Shown: positions 1 through 10,578, numbered from the stretch's first letter. The stretch: 64,000 nt of DNA from Lachnospiraceae bacterium (GCA_021770345.1 JAETRD010000016.1:13663-77662), one strand, 5' to 3'. The notes: a model not told the origin generated them from the letters alone. Numbers and translations: made by a program.

Positions 1-1
1 G

Positions 2-2443
2 TACTGGGGCGGCTCCTCCGGAGAGGGAATTATCGTACCGCCGAGTCCGGACGTTGTGGATGCGGGCCATAAAAACGGCGTTCCGGTATTGGGAACCGTA
101 TTTATGCCGCAGACCGCGCACGGCGGAAAAATGGAGTGGCTGGAGGAGCTTCTCACGAAAAACGAGGACGGAAGCTACCCGGTCGCAGATAAGCTGATTG
201 AGGTGGCACAGCTTTACGGATTTGACGGCTGGTTTATGAACCAGGAGACGGAAGGGACAGACGAAGAACCCCTGACCGCGGATCACGCGGCGCGTATGCA
301 GGAATTTATTCAATATTATAAAAAGCAGGCGCCGGAGCTGCAGCTGGTATACTATGATTCCATGACGGCAGACGGAGAGATGGACTGGCAGAACGCATTG
401 ACAGAAAAGAACGTGTCGTTCCTCAAAGATGAAGCGGGGAATGCGGTTGCAGACGAGATGTTCCTGAACTTCTGGTGGACGATGGAAGAACTGTCGGAAG
501 ACCAGCTGGCGAGTCTTTCGGCGGAGAGAAGAGAGTACTATGAAAAAAGTCTTGCCGCACTGGAAGAAACGCCGCTGCTGAAAACTTCCGAAGCATTTGC
601 GAACGAGGAGGGAATCGACCCGTATTCCTTATACGCCGGGATAGACGTACAGGCGGACGGTTACAATACGGACATTAACTGGAAGTGGCTTGAGAAGGAA
701 GCGGGCGGTACGCGCACATCCATCGGTATCTACTGCCCAAGCTGGGCATATCAGTCCTCCGGCGGCATTATCCAGGACTTCTGGAAAAAAGAGAATACCA
801 TGTGGGTAAACACAAAAGGCGATCCGTCTGCGGACATCGAATATTCGGATGACAGGCAGTGGAGAGGCATTTCAAACTATGTCGTGGAGCGGACGGCCGT
901 TACCGGCCTCCCGTTTATTACGAATTTCTCAACCGGAAACGGTTACAGTTTCTTTAAAAACGGGGAGCAGATCAGCTTGTTAGACTGGAATAACCGCAGT
1001 ATCAGTGACGTTCTGCCGACCTACCGCTATATCATTGAGAGTGAGGAGGGCAACAACTTGTCGGCTGATTTTGATGTGGCGGACGCGTACTACGGCGGAA
1101 CCAGCATGATTTTGAGAGGTTCCATGGCAGCGGGCAGGCAGTCTGAGATCAGGCTTTACAGCTCGGAGCTTTCGGTCGCAGAGCCGTTTACATTTACGAC
1201 AACTGCAAAGGCAAAAGGCACATCTGTCGTGATGGACGCGGTTCTGACAACCGATGACGGCTCCAAAATCGTGTTAAAGGGTGACAAACCGGTCGGCGAT
1301 ACATGGACGACTGTGACATACGATACCGGCGAGCTTGTCGGAAAGACAATCAGGACGATTTCTTACCGCATGTCCGCGTCGGAGGATGTGAGCGGATTGC
1401 AGTTCCGGTTTGGAAATATTACGATGACGGACAACGCAGAGCCGGGGGTAAGCGCTGTGAGCAATGTGGAAGTGCTTGGAAAGGAATTTGACGAGGACGG
1501 CATGTATGCGGGGGTACGTCTCGCATGGGAATCCGACGTTCCGGCAGCATACTACGAAGTATATCGCATCAATCAGGATCAGACGAAATCCTTACTCGGC
1601 GTTTCCAACAACACAAGCTTCTACATCAATACCCTGCCGAGGACGGACGAGACAAACAACTCCACCTTTGAGGTGGTTCCGGTGAATCAGATGCTGGCGG
1701 AGGGGACGTCCGCGCAGGTCAATATGGAGTGGCCGGACAACAGCATTCCGAAAGCTGGATTTACCGCAGATGCAACGCTGGTATCGCCGGGACAGACGGT
1801 TACATTCACAAGCCTCTGCTCACAGAACACGGAGAAGGTAAGCTGGACGCTTCCGGGTTCCGATGTGGAGACGGCAGAGGGTGAGACGGTTACGGCCGTA
1901 TACGCCAGGGAAGGTGTCTACCGTGTGACCGCAAAAGCCGAAAATGCATCCGGCGAAAATGAGGCGACACAGGAGGCGTACATCATTGTGACAGAAAACG
2001 CAGCGGACGGACTGACGTTGCTTTCCGGCGGCGCCGCAACGGAAGCCGATACGTTTGTAAATGAGAACGAGGCGCCGGAGTTCGCGGTAGACGGCGACGT
2101 GACAAAGAAATGGTGTGCAACGGGAAGCGCGCCTCATGAGATTACACTGGACTTAGGCGAGGTGAGAGCGGTCAGTGCGGTTGACATATCCCATGCCGAG
2201 GCTGGCGGTGAAGGCGCAGACATGAATACGAAGTCTTATGCGATTCTGGTAAGCGAGGACGGCACAGGCTTTACGGAGGTCCGCAGCGTGACCAGAAATA
2301 CGGCGGGAACCACGCATGATATATTTGCCCCGGTAAATGCAAGATATGTGAAACTTGTTGTAAATAAGCCGACACAGGGCAGTGACAGCGCGGCGCGCAT
2401 TTATGAGATTGAAGTATACGGTTTGGAAAATCCCTTAGAGTAG
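2..2443 (+). CDS. Endo-beta-N-acetylglucosaminidase (GH85) with C-terminal PKD and F5/8-type C domains; 5'-partial
   Basis: Frame is open from base 2 (YWGGSSGEGIIVPPSPDVVDAGHKNGVPVLGT). GH85 catalytic N-x-E motif in FDGWFMNQET; PKD-like FTADATLVSPGQTVTF; discoidin-like DGDVTKKWC...ARIYEIEV. Confidence 0.9.
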   Translation, partial: YWGGSSGEGIIVPPSPDVVDAGHKNGVPVLGTVFMPQTAHGGKMEWLEELLTKNEDGSYPVADKLIEVAQLYGFDGWFMNQETEGTDEEPLTADHAARMQEFIQYYKKQAPELQLVYYDSMTADGEMDWQNALTEKNVSFLKDEAGNAVADEMFLNFWWTMEELSEDQLASLSAERREYYEKSLAALEETPLLKTSEAFANEEGIDPYSLYAGIDVQADGYNTDINWKWLEKEAGGTRTSIGIYCPSWAYQSSGGIIQDFWKKENTMWVNTKGDPSADIEYSDDRQWRGISNYVVERTAVTGLPFITNFSTGNGYSFFKNGEQISLLDWNNRSISDVLPTYRYIIESEEGNNLSADFDVADAYYGGTSMILRGSMAAGRQSEIRLYSSELSVAEPFTFTTTAKAKGTSVVMDAVLTTDDGSKIVLKGDKPVGDTWTTVTYDTGELVGKTIRTISYRMSASEDVSGLQFRFGNITMTDNAEPGVSAVSNVEVLGKEFDEDGMYAGVRLAWESDVPAAYYEVYRINQDQTKSLLGVSNNTSFYINTLPRTDETNNSTFEVVPVNQMLAEGTSAQVNMEWPDNSIPKAGFTADATLVSPGQTVTFTSLCSQNTEKVSWTLPGSDVETAEGETVTAVYAREGVYRVTAKAENASGENEATQEAYIIVTENAADGLTLLSGGAATEADTFVNENEAPEFAVDGDVTKKWCATGSAPHEITLDLGEVRAVSAVDISHAEAGGEGADMNTKSYAILVSEDGTGFTEVRSVTRNTAGTTHDIFAPVNARYVKLVVNKPTQGSDSAARIYEIEVYGLENPLE

Positions 2444-2495
2444 GCAAAAATCCCATTTTATATCAACCGAAACAGGGAACGGGAGGGATTTGTCA

Positions 2496-3449
2496 ATGAA
2501 TCAGGCAAAGAAAGAAATTATATTTTTGGAACCGGTGTGCACCCACAATATCTGGGGCGGCACAAAGCTTCGGGAAGCGTTTGGCTATGCGGCAGAGGGT
2601 GATGATATCGGGGAGTGCTGGGGGATTTCCGCGCATCCGAACGGTGACTGCAGCATAAAATGCGGTGCGTATGCCGGAATGAAACTGTCGGAAGTGTGGG
2701 CGGGGCATCCGGAGCTGTTCGGAAATCTTTCCTGCGACAGATTTCCGCTTTTGACGAAAATTATCGATGCGAGGGAGGACTTAAGCATTCAGGTGCACCC
2801 GGATGACACCTATGCCGCAGCGCATGAGAACGGTTCTTTCGGCAAGACGGAGTGCTGGTATATTTTAGATGCCCCGGAAAACGGAACGCTTGTAGTCGGA
2901 CATAACGCGCGGACCAAAGAGGAGCTGATATCCATGATCCGCGAGGAAAGATGGGGGGAGTTTATCCGTGAGATTCCCGTGAAAAAAGGAGATTTCATAC
3001 AGATTGATCCGGGAACGGTTCATGCGATCAAGGGAGGTCTGGTGCTTTTAGAGACGCAGCAGAACAGTGATCTTACCTACCGCGTGTACGATTATGACAG
3101 AGAGCAGGACGGCAGGCGGAGAGAACTCCATGTGGATAAGAGCATCGATGTGATTACGGTTCCCGCGAGGCCTGCGGAAGAGCGTGTAACACCGACGTCG
3201 GGACTTCCGAAAAACAGGATGAATAAACTGTATTCCTGTAAGTACTATGACATTTTTAAATTGGAGGTAGACGAAAAAACGTCATTTGAGCAGAAATATC
3301 CGTTCCTGCTGATGTCTGTCGTGGAGGGAGAAGGAACGATTGACGACCAGCCGGTGAAAAAGGGGGACCATCTGATTGTGCCCTGCGGCTATGGGGAACT
3401 GAGCGCACAGGGAACGATGAGCGTGATTGCATCGACCGTGAGTGTGTAG
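2496..3449 (+). CDS. manA: Mannose-6-phosphate isomerase, class I
   Basis: IWGG, ECW, LSIQVHPDD, KTECWY and GTVHAI motifs; RBS GGGAGG before ATG 2496. Confidence 0.92.
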   Translation: MNQAKKEIIFLEPVCTHNIWGGTKLREAFGYAAEGDDIGECWGISAHPNGDCSIKCGAYAGMKLSEVWAGHPELFGNLSCDRFPLLTKIIDAREDLSIQVHPDDTYAAAHENGSFGKTECWYILDAPENGTLVVGHNARTKEELISMIREERWGEFIREIPVKKGDFIQIDPGTVHAIKGGLVLLETQQNSDLTYRVYDYDREQDGRRRELHVDKSIDVITVPARPAEERVTPTSGLPKNRMNKLYSCKYYDIFKLEVDEKTSFEQKYPFLLMSVVEGEGTIDDQPVKKGDHLIVPCGYGELSAQGTMSVIASTVSV

Positions 3450-3499
3450 ATGACGGACATTCCGTTTTGGCATAGTTAGGAACTTTTGCCGGAAATGTA

Positions 3500-3551
3500 T
3501 GAGGCGGACCCGGGACAGTGTGGTGTTCACAGTATGTCCCGGGTCCGCTCA
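3500..3551. terminator. Long inverted repeat between convergent manA and larC
   Basis: TGAGGCGGACCCGGGACA (3500-3517) pairs with TGTCCCGGGTCCGCTCA (3535-3551) with one bulge. No U-tract, so function is uncertain. Confidence 0.5.
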
Positions 3552-3606
3552 CGCTTAAGCAGGAGCCGCCTGTAAAGGGCTGCACGCGCTGCAACGGTCC
3601 GATCGC

Positions 3607-4941
3607 TCACCGTACCGATTTTGCGACATCCTCTAAGGACACCGCACACTCGTTTTTCAGGACGGCGGTCTTTAGATCCTCAAACTCCGGTTTTTCTTTT
3701 TTGATGCCGTAACCGGAACTTTTTTTGATGCGGATATCCCCGTAGGAGGTGGGGCGGGCTTCGAAAGTGGACTCGAGCTTGGCGCGCTCAAAGGTCTGAA
3801 AGCGCAGCCCCCTTGTGGAGGTGTGCAGGAAGAAGAGCCCGGTAAATTTGTCCCGGTCGGAGAGTTCGCAGATACAGGTGAGCAGTATGCCGGGGCGGTT
3901 TTTTTTCATCTGTATCGACGTCGTATAGACGTCGAGCGCGCCTGCGGCGAGAAAGATTTCCGTGGCAAGTCCGATCGCCTCCCCGGTCATATCGTCGATG
4001 TTGCAGGAGATGGCGAGAACCTTATCGTCGTAGGCGAAGCCGTCGTCCTCCGCCTCATCGCCGTCGTCCTCCGCGTCCGCCTCTCCGAGAAACGCGCGCA
4101 GACAGTTTGCAATCTCAAAATTTTTGCTTCCCATCCCGTAGCCGATTGCAGAGGGCGCAAGGGCCGGCATGGAGCAGAATTTTTCGGCATAGTACCTGAG
4201 AAGAGCGGCGCCGGTGGGCGTGCAGAGCTCGCCGGTGACGGAGCCGGTGTAGAACGGAATCCCTTTTAAAAGCTCGGCCGTGGCAGGAGCCGGTACCGGA
4301 AGCACGCCGTGGGCGCATTTTACAAAGCCGTTTCCGACGTGGACGGGGGAGGCTAAGATGCGTTCCGGGGCAATGAGGTGGATGAGCAACGCACAGCCCA
4401 CCACATCGGCCAGCGCGTCTAACGTGCCGACCTCATGAAAATGAATCTGCTCTAAGGAGGTGCCGTGCACCTTTGCCTCCGCCTCGCCGATCAGCCGATA
4501 GACGGCGGCAGCATCTTTTTTGACCCGCTTTGGCAGGTCAAGCCGCTCAATCTGCGAGAGGACGTCGGCGTAGGAGGTATGCGGGTGCCCGTGGTGGGCA
4601 TCGTCGTGCTCATGGTGGTGGGCATCGTCGTGTTCGTGGTGGTGCTCATGGGAAGAATCCTCCGCGTCATGCGAGTGGCCGTGGGACGTCGCATCCTCCG
4701 CGTCATGCGAGTGGCCGTGGGACGTCGCATCCTCCGTGACGCCGTCGATCAGCACTTCCATGTGGGTGCCGCAGACACCGCATTTTGTGATCGTGGATGC
4801 CCGCAGCGTAAGCCCACTGTCCGCGAAAAGCGTGTTCATTTTTTTGAGAAACAGATCGCGCTGTCCGCATATCTCGTAGAGGGAACTCATCAGCATATCC
4901 CCTGCAGCTCCCATGTTGCATTCCAGATAAAGTGTTTTCAT
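3607..4941 (-). CDS. larC: Nickel pincer cofactor biosynthesis protein LarC
   Basis: GAAGDM, His-rich insert, IHFHEVGTLDALADVVG, ELCTPTGAA, NIDDMTGE and MKKNRPG motifs. Confidence 0.92.
   Translation of the reverse strand: MKTLYLECNMGAAGDMLMSSLYEICGQRDLFLKKMNTLFADSGLTLRASTITKCGVCGTHMEVLIDGVTEDATSHGHSHDAEDATSHGHSHDAEDSSHEHHHEHDDAHHHEHDDAHHGHPHTSYADVLSQIERLDLPKRVKKDAAAVYRLIGEAEAKVHGTSLEQIHFHEVGTLDALADVVGCALLIHLIAPERILASPVHVGNGFVKCAHGVLPVPAPATAELLKGIPFYTGSVTGELCTPTGAALLRYYAEKFCSMPALAPSAIGYGMGSKNFEIANCLRAFLGEADAEDDGDEAEDDGFAYDDKVLAISCNIDDMTGEAIGLATEIFLAAGALDVYTTSIQMKKNRPGILLTCICELSDRDKFTGLFFLHTSTRGLRFQTFERAKLESTFEARPTSYGDIRIKKSSGYGIKKEKPEFEDLKTAVLKNECAVSLEDVAKSVR
4657..4736 (-). repeat. 36-bp perfect tandem repeat (about 2.2 copies) in the larC His tract
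   Basis: ATCCTCCGCGTCATGCGAGTGGCCGTGGGACGTCGC at 4657-4692 and 4693-4728; encodes EDATSHGHSHDA twice. Confidence 0.9.
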
Positions 4942-4980
4942 AAGAAATTCTCCTTGTATGGTACGGGGACGGACCGCGCC

Positions 4981-5739
4981 TCAGCCTCCGATGTGATTGA
5001 TCATGCTCGCAAGATAGCCGGCGCCGAAGCCGTTGTCAATATTTACCACGGAAACCCCGCTGGCGCAGGAATTTAGCATCGAGAGCAGTGCGGAGACGCC
5101 CTGGAAACTTGCGCCGTAGCCGACGCTGGTGGGAACCCCGATGACCGGGCAGTCCGAAAGGCCGCCGATGACGCTCGCGAGCGCGCCCTCCATTCCGGCG
5201 ACGGCGATGATCGCGTTTGCGCCGCCGATGACTTCTAAATTTGAGAGAAGCCGGTGCAGTCCCGCAACGCCCACATCGTAAAGACGCACAATGCGGTTCC
5301 CGAGTGTCTCCGCCGTGAGCGCGGCCTCCTCCGCCACCGGGATATCGCTTGTCCCGCCGGTGGCCACGACGATGGAACCCTTTGCCGTCACATGTTCGCG
5401 CCGGTTTACGATACCGATTTTTGATATGTCGTCGTAAAACAGGTCAAACCGTTTTGAGAGATAATCTGCGGATTCGGCTGAGAGCCTTGTGATAAGAATA
5501 TTTTCGGGGCAGTGCAGCAGGAGACTGTGCACGATGCCCTCCATCTGTTCTTTCGTCTTGGAAGCCCCGTAGATGACTTCCGCGGCACCCTGGCGCACCG
5601 GCCGGTGATGATCCACCTTCGCATAGCCCAGATCTTCAAACGGCGCAAGCTTCAGCCGGGTGTAGCCCTCCTCGGCGGAGAGCGTTCCCTGCGCAATCTG
5701 CTCTAAAATCTCCCGGATGTGTTCGTTTCCCTGATTCAT
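4981..5739 (-). CDS. larB: Nickel pincer cofactor biosynthesis protein LarB (PurE-like)
   Basis: AKVDHHR, EVIYG, TGGTSDIPVAEEA, DVGVAGLHRL, AGMEGAL, PTSVGYG, VVNIDNGFGA; adjacent to larC. Confidence 0.93.
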   Translation of the reverse strand: MNQGNEHIREILEQIAQGTLSAEEGYTRLKLAPFEDLGYAKVDHHRPVRQGAAEVIYGASKTKEQMEGIVHSLLLHCPENILITRLSAESADYLSKRFDLFYDDISKIGIVNRREHVTAKGSIVVATGGTSDIPVAEEAALTAETLGNRIVRLYDVGVAGLHRLLSNLEVIGGANAIIAVAGMEGALASVIGGLSDCPVIGVPTSVGYGASFQGVSALLSMLNSCASGVSVVNIDNGFGAGYLASMINHIGG

Positions 5740-5961
5740 AGCGTACCTCTCGTTTGCGTAAATTTTCTTCGTACCATTATACTATAAAGGAAGCGTCGAA
5801 TGCAATGTTTTGGCACGTTTCGATCAAAACTGAAAACTGTTTTACGGGGAAGTCATTTGGGTGTATTCTGAATGGGGTATGAAATTTAGGACGGGCGATG
5901 CGGCGGAATCACTTTTGGTAAAAATATACGAGAAAGACGGATGATAAGAGAGGGAAACGTG

Positions 5962-8376
5962 ATGAGTGAGAGAGTGTATTTAAATGACAGTTGGGGATTT
6001 TCGGAGCATTTTACGGAGCAGATGACGGGCGCGGACTTTTCGGGCGAGGGGCTTACAGCGGTCCGCCTGCCGCACACGGTAAAAGAGACGCCGCTGCACT
6101 ATTTTGATGAACACTGCTATCAGATGGTGAGCGGATACCGCAGAATTGTGCGGGTTCCGAAGACGTGGGAGGGGAAGAAAATCTTTCTCACCATCGACGG
6201 CGCGGCGCACGACGCCTGCGTGTACTGGAACGGGAAAAAAGTCGGGGAACATCACTGCGGCTACACGGCGTTTACGATGGATATCAGCGAAGAAATCGTA
6301 GCGGACAGCGAAAATATACTGGCGGTGCGTCTCGACAGCCGGGAGAATCTGAATATTCCGCCGTTCGGTTTTGTCGTCGATTATATGACTTACGGCGGTC
6401 TCACAAGGGAGGTGTGGATAGACGTCAAAAACCAGAGCCATATCGCGGATGCATTTGTGCATGGAGAGCGAAGCGGAGACGGCTGGGAGGTTGTGTCCGC
6501 GGTTTCGCTTGCAGGGGCGGACGCAGGGGCCATGCTGCGGCAGAGTATCAGACGGCGGGGAGAGAAGGCGTGGCGCGGTCTCGGAGAGCGGCAGGTTTCG
6601 GGAACGGCGGCGGAACTTCATTTTCCGGCGGGTGAGATCGCGTGCTGGGATGTGGATGCGCCGAATCTCTACGAGGTGAAGACGGAGCTGCTCGTGCGGG
6701 ACACAGTGACGGACGAGCGCGTGGAGACGGTGGGGTTCCGCACCGCCGAATTCCGTCCGGACGGGTTTTACTTAAACGGCAGAAAATTAAAACTGCGGGG
6801 CTTAAACCGTCATCAGAGCTATCCCTATGTCGGGTATGCGATGCCGGAGTCCATGCAGCGGATGGACGCGGATATTTTAAAGCGTGAGCTGGGCGTCAAC
6901 GCGGTGCGGACTTCCCACTATCCGCAGTCGCATTATTTCCTCGCGCGCTGCGACGAGATCGGCCTGCTTGTCTTCACGGAAATACCGGGCTGGCAGCATA
7001 TCGGGGATGCGGCCTGGAAAGAACAGGCGGTCGCGAACGTGCGGGATATGGTGACACAGTACCGCAATCACACATCCATCATCCTCTGGGGCGTGCGCAT
7101 CAACGAGTCGCAGGATGACGACGCGTTTTATCGGAGAACGAACGCGGCGGCACATGCGTTGGATGCGACGCGGCCGACGGGCGGGGTCCGGGCACATAAA
7201 AAAAGCAGTCTGTTGGAGGATGTGTACACTTACAACGATTTTGTACATTCCGGGAAAAACCGCGGCTGTGAGCCGAAGCGGCATGTCACGCCGGACATGG
7301 GAAAAGCGTACCTTGTCACCGAATACAATGGTCATATGTATCCGACGAAGTCATTTGACGGGGAGGAGCACCGCACGGAGCACGCGCTGCGCCATGTGCG
7401 TGTACTCGATGCGGTAGCCGCGGAGGAGGATATCGCGGGGAGTTTTGGCTGGTGTATGTTTGACTACAATACGCACAGGGATTTCGGGAGCGGCGACCGC
7501 GTCTGTTATCACGGGGTGCTCGATATGTTCCGCAATCCGAAAACCGCGGCGGCGGTGTATGCAAGTCAGCAGGAGGAAGTGCCGGTGCTGGCAGTGAGCT
7601 CTTCCATGGATATCGGGGAGCACCCGGGCTGCAACCGCGGTGAGATCTATCTTTTCACAAACGCGGACAGTGTAAAAATGTACAAAAATGATCGCTTTAT
7701 CAGGGAATATAAGCGAAGGGATTCCTACTGGAAACATCTTTCTCACGGCCCGCTTTTGGTGGATGACTTTATCGGGGACGCCATCGCGGAGGGAGAGCAT
7801 TTTCCGGCTGCCCAGGAGCGCGGCGTGAAGGATGTCTTAAATGCGGTGGCGCGGTTCGGGATACCGAATCTGCCGAAATCCGCCTGCCTGACGGCGCTGA
7901 AACTGATCCTGCGCTACCGTATGACGCCGGAGCAGGCGGTGGCGCTCTACAACAAATATGTGGGCGACTGGGGCGGCGCGTCGACGAGTTACCGGTTTGA
8001 GGCGATAAAAGACAGCGCGGTCGTGGCGGCCGTCCAAAAGGAACCGATGAAATCGGTATCTCTTTTTGCGCGGGCGGACCACACCGCGATGCGAGAAAAG
8101 ACGACCTACGACGTGGCGGCCGTCCGCATTGAGGCGCGGGACGAAAACGGGAACGTTTTACGCTTTTTTAACGAGCCGGTGTCCTTTGCGGTCAACGGAC
8201 CGGCGGAGCTGATCGGACCGCGGGTCGCGGCGCTGCAGGGCGGCATGGGAGGAACCTACCTTAAGACGACGGGGGAGAGCGGCGCCGTGACGCTCACAAT
8301 CACAAACAGTCAGACGGAGCCGGTTGTGATGGAGTTTGAGGCATACGCGGCGGGAGACGTATGCCGCGCAGAATAG
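5962..8376 (+). CDS. Glycoside hydrolase family 2 (beta-galactosidase-like)
   Basis: GLNRHQ, RTSHYPQ, acid/base RINES, nucleophile VTEYNGH; start chosen after RBS GAGAGGGA. Confidence 0.9.
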   Translation: MSERVYLNDSWGFSEHFTEQMTGADFSGEGLTAVRLPHTVKETPLHYFDEHCYQMVSGYRRIVRVPKTWEGKKIFLTIDGAAHDACVYWNGKKVGEHHCGYTAFTMDISEEIVADSENILAVRLDSRENLNIPPFGFVVDYMTYGGLTREVWIDVKNQSHIADAFVHGERSGDGWEVVSAVSLAGADAGAMLRQSIRRRGEKAWRGLGERQVSGTAAELHFPAGEIACWDVDAPNLYEVKTELLVRDTVTDERVETVGFRTAEFRPDGFYLNGRKLKLRGLNRHQSYPYVGYAMPESMQRMDADILKRELGVNAVRTSHYPQSHYFLARCDEIGLLVFTEIPGWQHIGDAAWKEQAVANVRDMVTQYRNHTSIILWGVRINESQDDDAFYRRTNAAAHALDATRPTGGVRAHKKSSLLEDVYTYNDFVHSGKNRGCEPKRHVTPDMGKAYLVTEYNGHMYPTKSFDGEEHRTEHALRHVRVLDAVAAEEDIAGSFGWCMFDYNTHRDFGSGDRVCYHGVLDMFRNPKTAAAVYASQQEEVPVLAVSSSMDIGEHPGCNRGEIYLFTNADSVKMYKNDRFIREYKRRDSYWKHLSHGPLLVDDFIGDAIAEGEHFPAAQERGVKDVLNAVARFGIPNLPKSACLTALKLILRYRMTPEQAVALYNKYVGDWGGASTSYRFEAIKDSAVVAAVQKEPMKSVSLFARADHTAMREKTTYDVAAVRIEARDENGNVLRFFNEPVSFAVNGPAELIGPRVAALQGGMGGTYLKTTGESGAVTLTITNSQTEPVVMEFEAYAAGDVCRAE

Positions 8377-8400
8377 AAGTATGCGGTGCAGAATAATAGA

Positions 8401-8438
8401 GGCCGGACGGCACTTTTGGTTGCCATCCGGCCGTTTTT
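8401..8438 (+). terminator. Rho-independent terminator
   Basis: GGCCGGA...TCCGGCC stem followed by GTTTTT. Confidence 0.65.
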
Positions 8439-8473
8439 GCTTTAAGATTAGAACGAAGAAAGGGGAGAGAAAA

Positions 8474-9526
8474 GTGATACGTTTTAACAGTGATTATACG
8501 GAGGGATGCCATCCGGCGATCTTAGAGCGGCTGGCAGAGACCAATTTTGAACAGACGCCGGGATATGGCGAGGATGTGTACTGCGCGGCTGCGGCGGAGA
8601 AAATCCGTGAGCTCTGTGCGGCGCCGGATGCCGCAGTCCATTTTCTGGTCGGCGGTACGCAGACGAATGTCACGGTGATTTCTGCGGCGCTGCGCCATTA
8701 TCAGGGGGTTATCACGGCCGCGAGCGGACATATCAATATCCATGAGACCGGGGCACTCGAGGCCTGCGGGCACAAGTGTCTTGCCATAGAGACTCCCGAC
8801 GGGAAGCTTACCGCGGAACAGGTGGCCGCGTATGTGGATGCACACTATGCGGACGAGAGCTTTGAGCATATGGCACAGCCGAAGATGGTCTACCTCTCGA
8901 ATCCGACCGAGCTCGGAACGATATACAAAAAGGAGGAGCTCGCAGCGCTTTACCGGGTCTGTAAGGAGCGGGACATTTATCTCTTTTTAGACGGAGCGCG
9001 TCTCGGCTACGGACTTGCCAGCAGGGAGAACGATATGACTTTTGCGGATATCGCGGCCCTCACGGATGTCTTTTACATCGGCGGCACAAAGGTGGGAGCA
9101 CTGTTCGGCGAGGCGGTGGTCATCACGGATGAAAAGTTAAAACAGGATTTTCGTTATAACATCAAGCAGCGTGGAGGAATGCTTGCAAAGGGGAGACTTC
9201 TGGGAATTCAGTTTCTGGCACTGTTTGAGGAAAACCGGTATCAGGAAATATCGGCGCATGCAGCGAGACTTGCAGAAAAGTTAAAGGACGAATTAATAAA
9301 AATGAACGTTACCTTCTACATAGATTCCCCGACAAACCAGCAGTTTCCGGTTCTGCCCGATGCCGTGCTGTCAAAGCTCTCGGAAAACTATGCCTTTGCT
9401 TATCAGGCGCGGGTCGATGAGACGCGCAGCGCCGTGCGGTTGTGCACCTGCTGGGCGACAAGAGAGGAGCATGTGGATGCGCTGCTTGGGGATATTCGCA
9501 GACTGCTTGACACAGAGGAGGAATAA
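8474..9526 (+). CDS. ltaE: Low-specificity L-threonine aldolase
   Basis: FNSDY, GGTQTN, HETGA, DGARL and PLP-lysine GGTK motifs; GTG start after AGGGGAG. Confidence 0.88.
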   Translation: MIRFNSDYTEGCHPAILERLAETNFEQTPGYGEDVYCAAAAEKIRELCAAPDAAVHFLVGGTQTNVTVISAALRHYQGVITAASGHINIHETGALEACGHKCLAIETPDGKLTAEQVAAYVDAHYADESFEHMAQPKMVYLSNPTELGTIYKKEELAALYRVCKERDIYLFLDGARLGYGLASRENDMTFADIAALTDVFYIGGTKVGALFGEAVVITDEKLKQDFRYNIKQRGGMLAKGRLLGIQFLALFEENRYQEISAHAARLAEKLKDELIKMNVTFYIDSPTNQQFPVLPDAVLSKLSENYAFAYQARVDETRSAVRLCTCWATREEHVDALLGDIRRLLDTEEE

Positions 9527-9531
9527 AAAAC

Positions 9532-10548
9532 GTGAAGAAAAAGATTCTGCTGATTGCGACCGGGGGCACGATTGCGTCGAAGACCTCGGAGAACGGATTA
9601 AAGCCGCAGATTACGCCGGAGGAGCTGTTGTCCTTTCTTCCGCAGGCGGGGGAACTCTGTGAGATTGCGACGCTTCCACTGTTAAATCTGGACAGCTCGA
9701 ATATGGAGCCGCAGCACTGGAAGAAAATGGTGGCGGCTGTCCGCGAACACTATGATGACTATGACGGATTCGTGATCGCGCACGGCACGGATACGATGGC
9801 GTACACGGCGGCGGCGCTTTCCTATATGATTCAGAATACCGCAAAGCCGGTTGTGATCACAGGCGCGCAAAAGCCGATCAATCTGGAAATCACCGATGCA
9901 AAGTCGAATCTGCTCGACAGCTTCCGCTATGCGTCGGACGACGAGTCGCAGGGGGTCGTCATTGTGTTTGACGGCAAAGTGATTGCGGGGACGAGAGCGA
10001 AAAAGGTGCGCTCGAAAAGCTACAATGCATTTTCGAGCATCGATTATCCCTGTCTTGCGATGATACAGGACGGAACAATCATGCGCTATATCCCGATGCT
10101 TCCCTGTGACGGAAAGGTACGGTTTTATGAGGAACTTGACGAAAATATATTTCTGATAAAACTAATTCCCGGTATCCGGCCGGAAATTCTGCGCAGTATT
10201 TTTGAAGCCTATGACTGCATAATTGTCGAGAGCTTCGGAGTGGGCGGGATTCCGCATTCCATCGCGGACGGGTTTTATCGTCTCTGCAGGGAATATCCCG
10301 AAAAGCTCGTGGTCATGGCGACGCAGGTCGCGCATGAGGGTAGCGATATGACGGTCTACGAGGTGGGGCATGATATGAAGCGGTATTGCCGCTTTCTGGA
10401 ATCCTACGATATGACGTTAGAGTCCGTGATTGCGAAACTTATGTGGATGCTGGGGAATTTTGATCTGACACAGACGGAGGCGGAAGAGATTTTTTACCGG
10501 AGTATCAATTACGATATTATGTTTGGGAAAAACCGTACCTGTGGATAA
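9532..10548 (+). CDS. ansA: L-asparaginase type I
   Basis: ATGGTIAS and HGTDTMAY catalytic Thr motifs, TGAQKP. Confidence 0.9.
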   Translation: MKKKILLIATGGTIASKTSENGLKPQITPEELLSFLPQAGELCEIATLPLLNLDSSNMEPQHWKKMVAAVREHYDDYDGFVIAHGTDTMAYTAAALSYMIQNTAKPVVITGAQKPINLEITDAKSNLLDSFRYASDDESQGVVIVFDGKVIAGTRAKKVRSKSYNAFSSIDYPCLAMIQDGTIMRYIPMLPCDGKVRFYEELDENIFLIKLIPGIRPEILRSIFEAYDCIIVESFGVGGIPHSIADGFYRLCREYPEKLVVMATQVAHEGSDMTVYEVGHDMKRYCRFLESYDMTLESVIAKLMWMLGNFDLTQTEAEEIFYRSINYDIMFGKNRTCG

Positions 10549-10578
10549 TGTCAACTATTAGATGCAAAATAGTTGACA
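10549..10578. promoter_or_regulatory. BirA (biotin repressor) operator
   Basis: TGTCAAC-N16-GTTGACA, extended IR TGTCAACTATT/AATAGTTGACA, directly upstream of bioY and overlapping its -35. Confidence 0.8.

Noticed and set aside
3607-4941. Programmed frameshift splitting larC into larC1/larC2
   Set aside because: The ORF is continuous through both domains.
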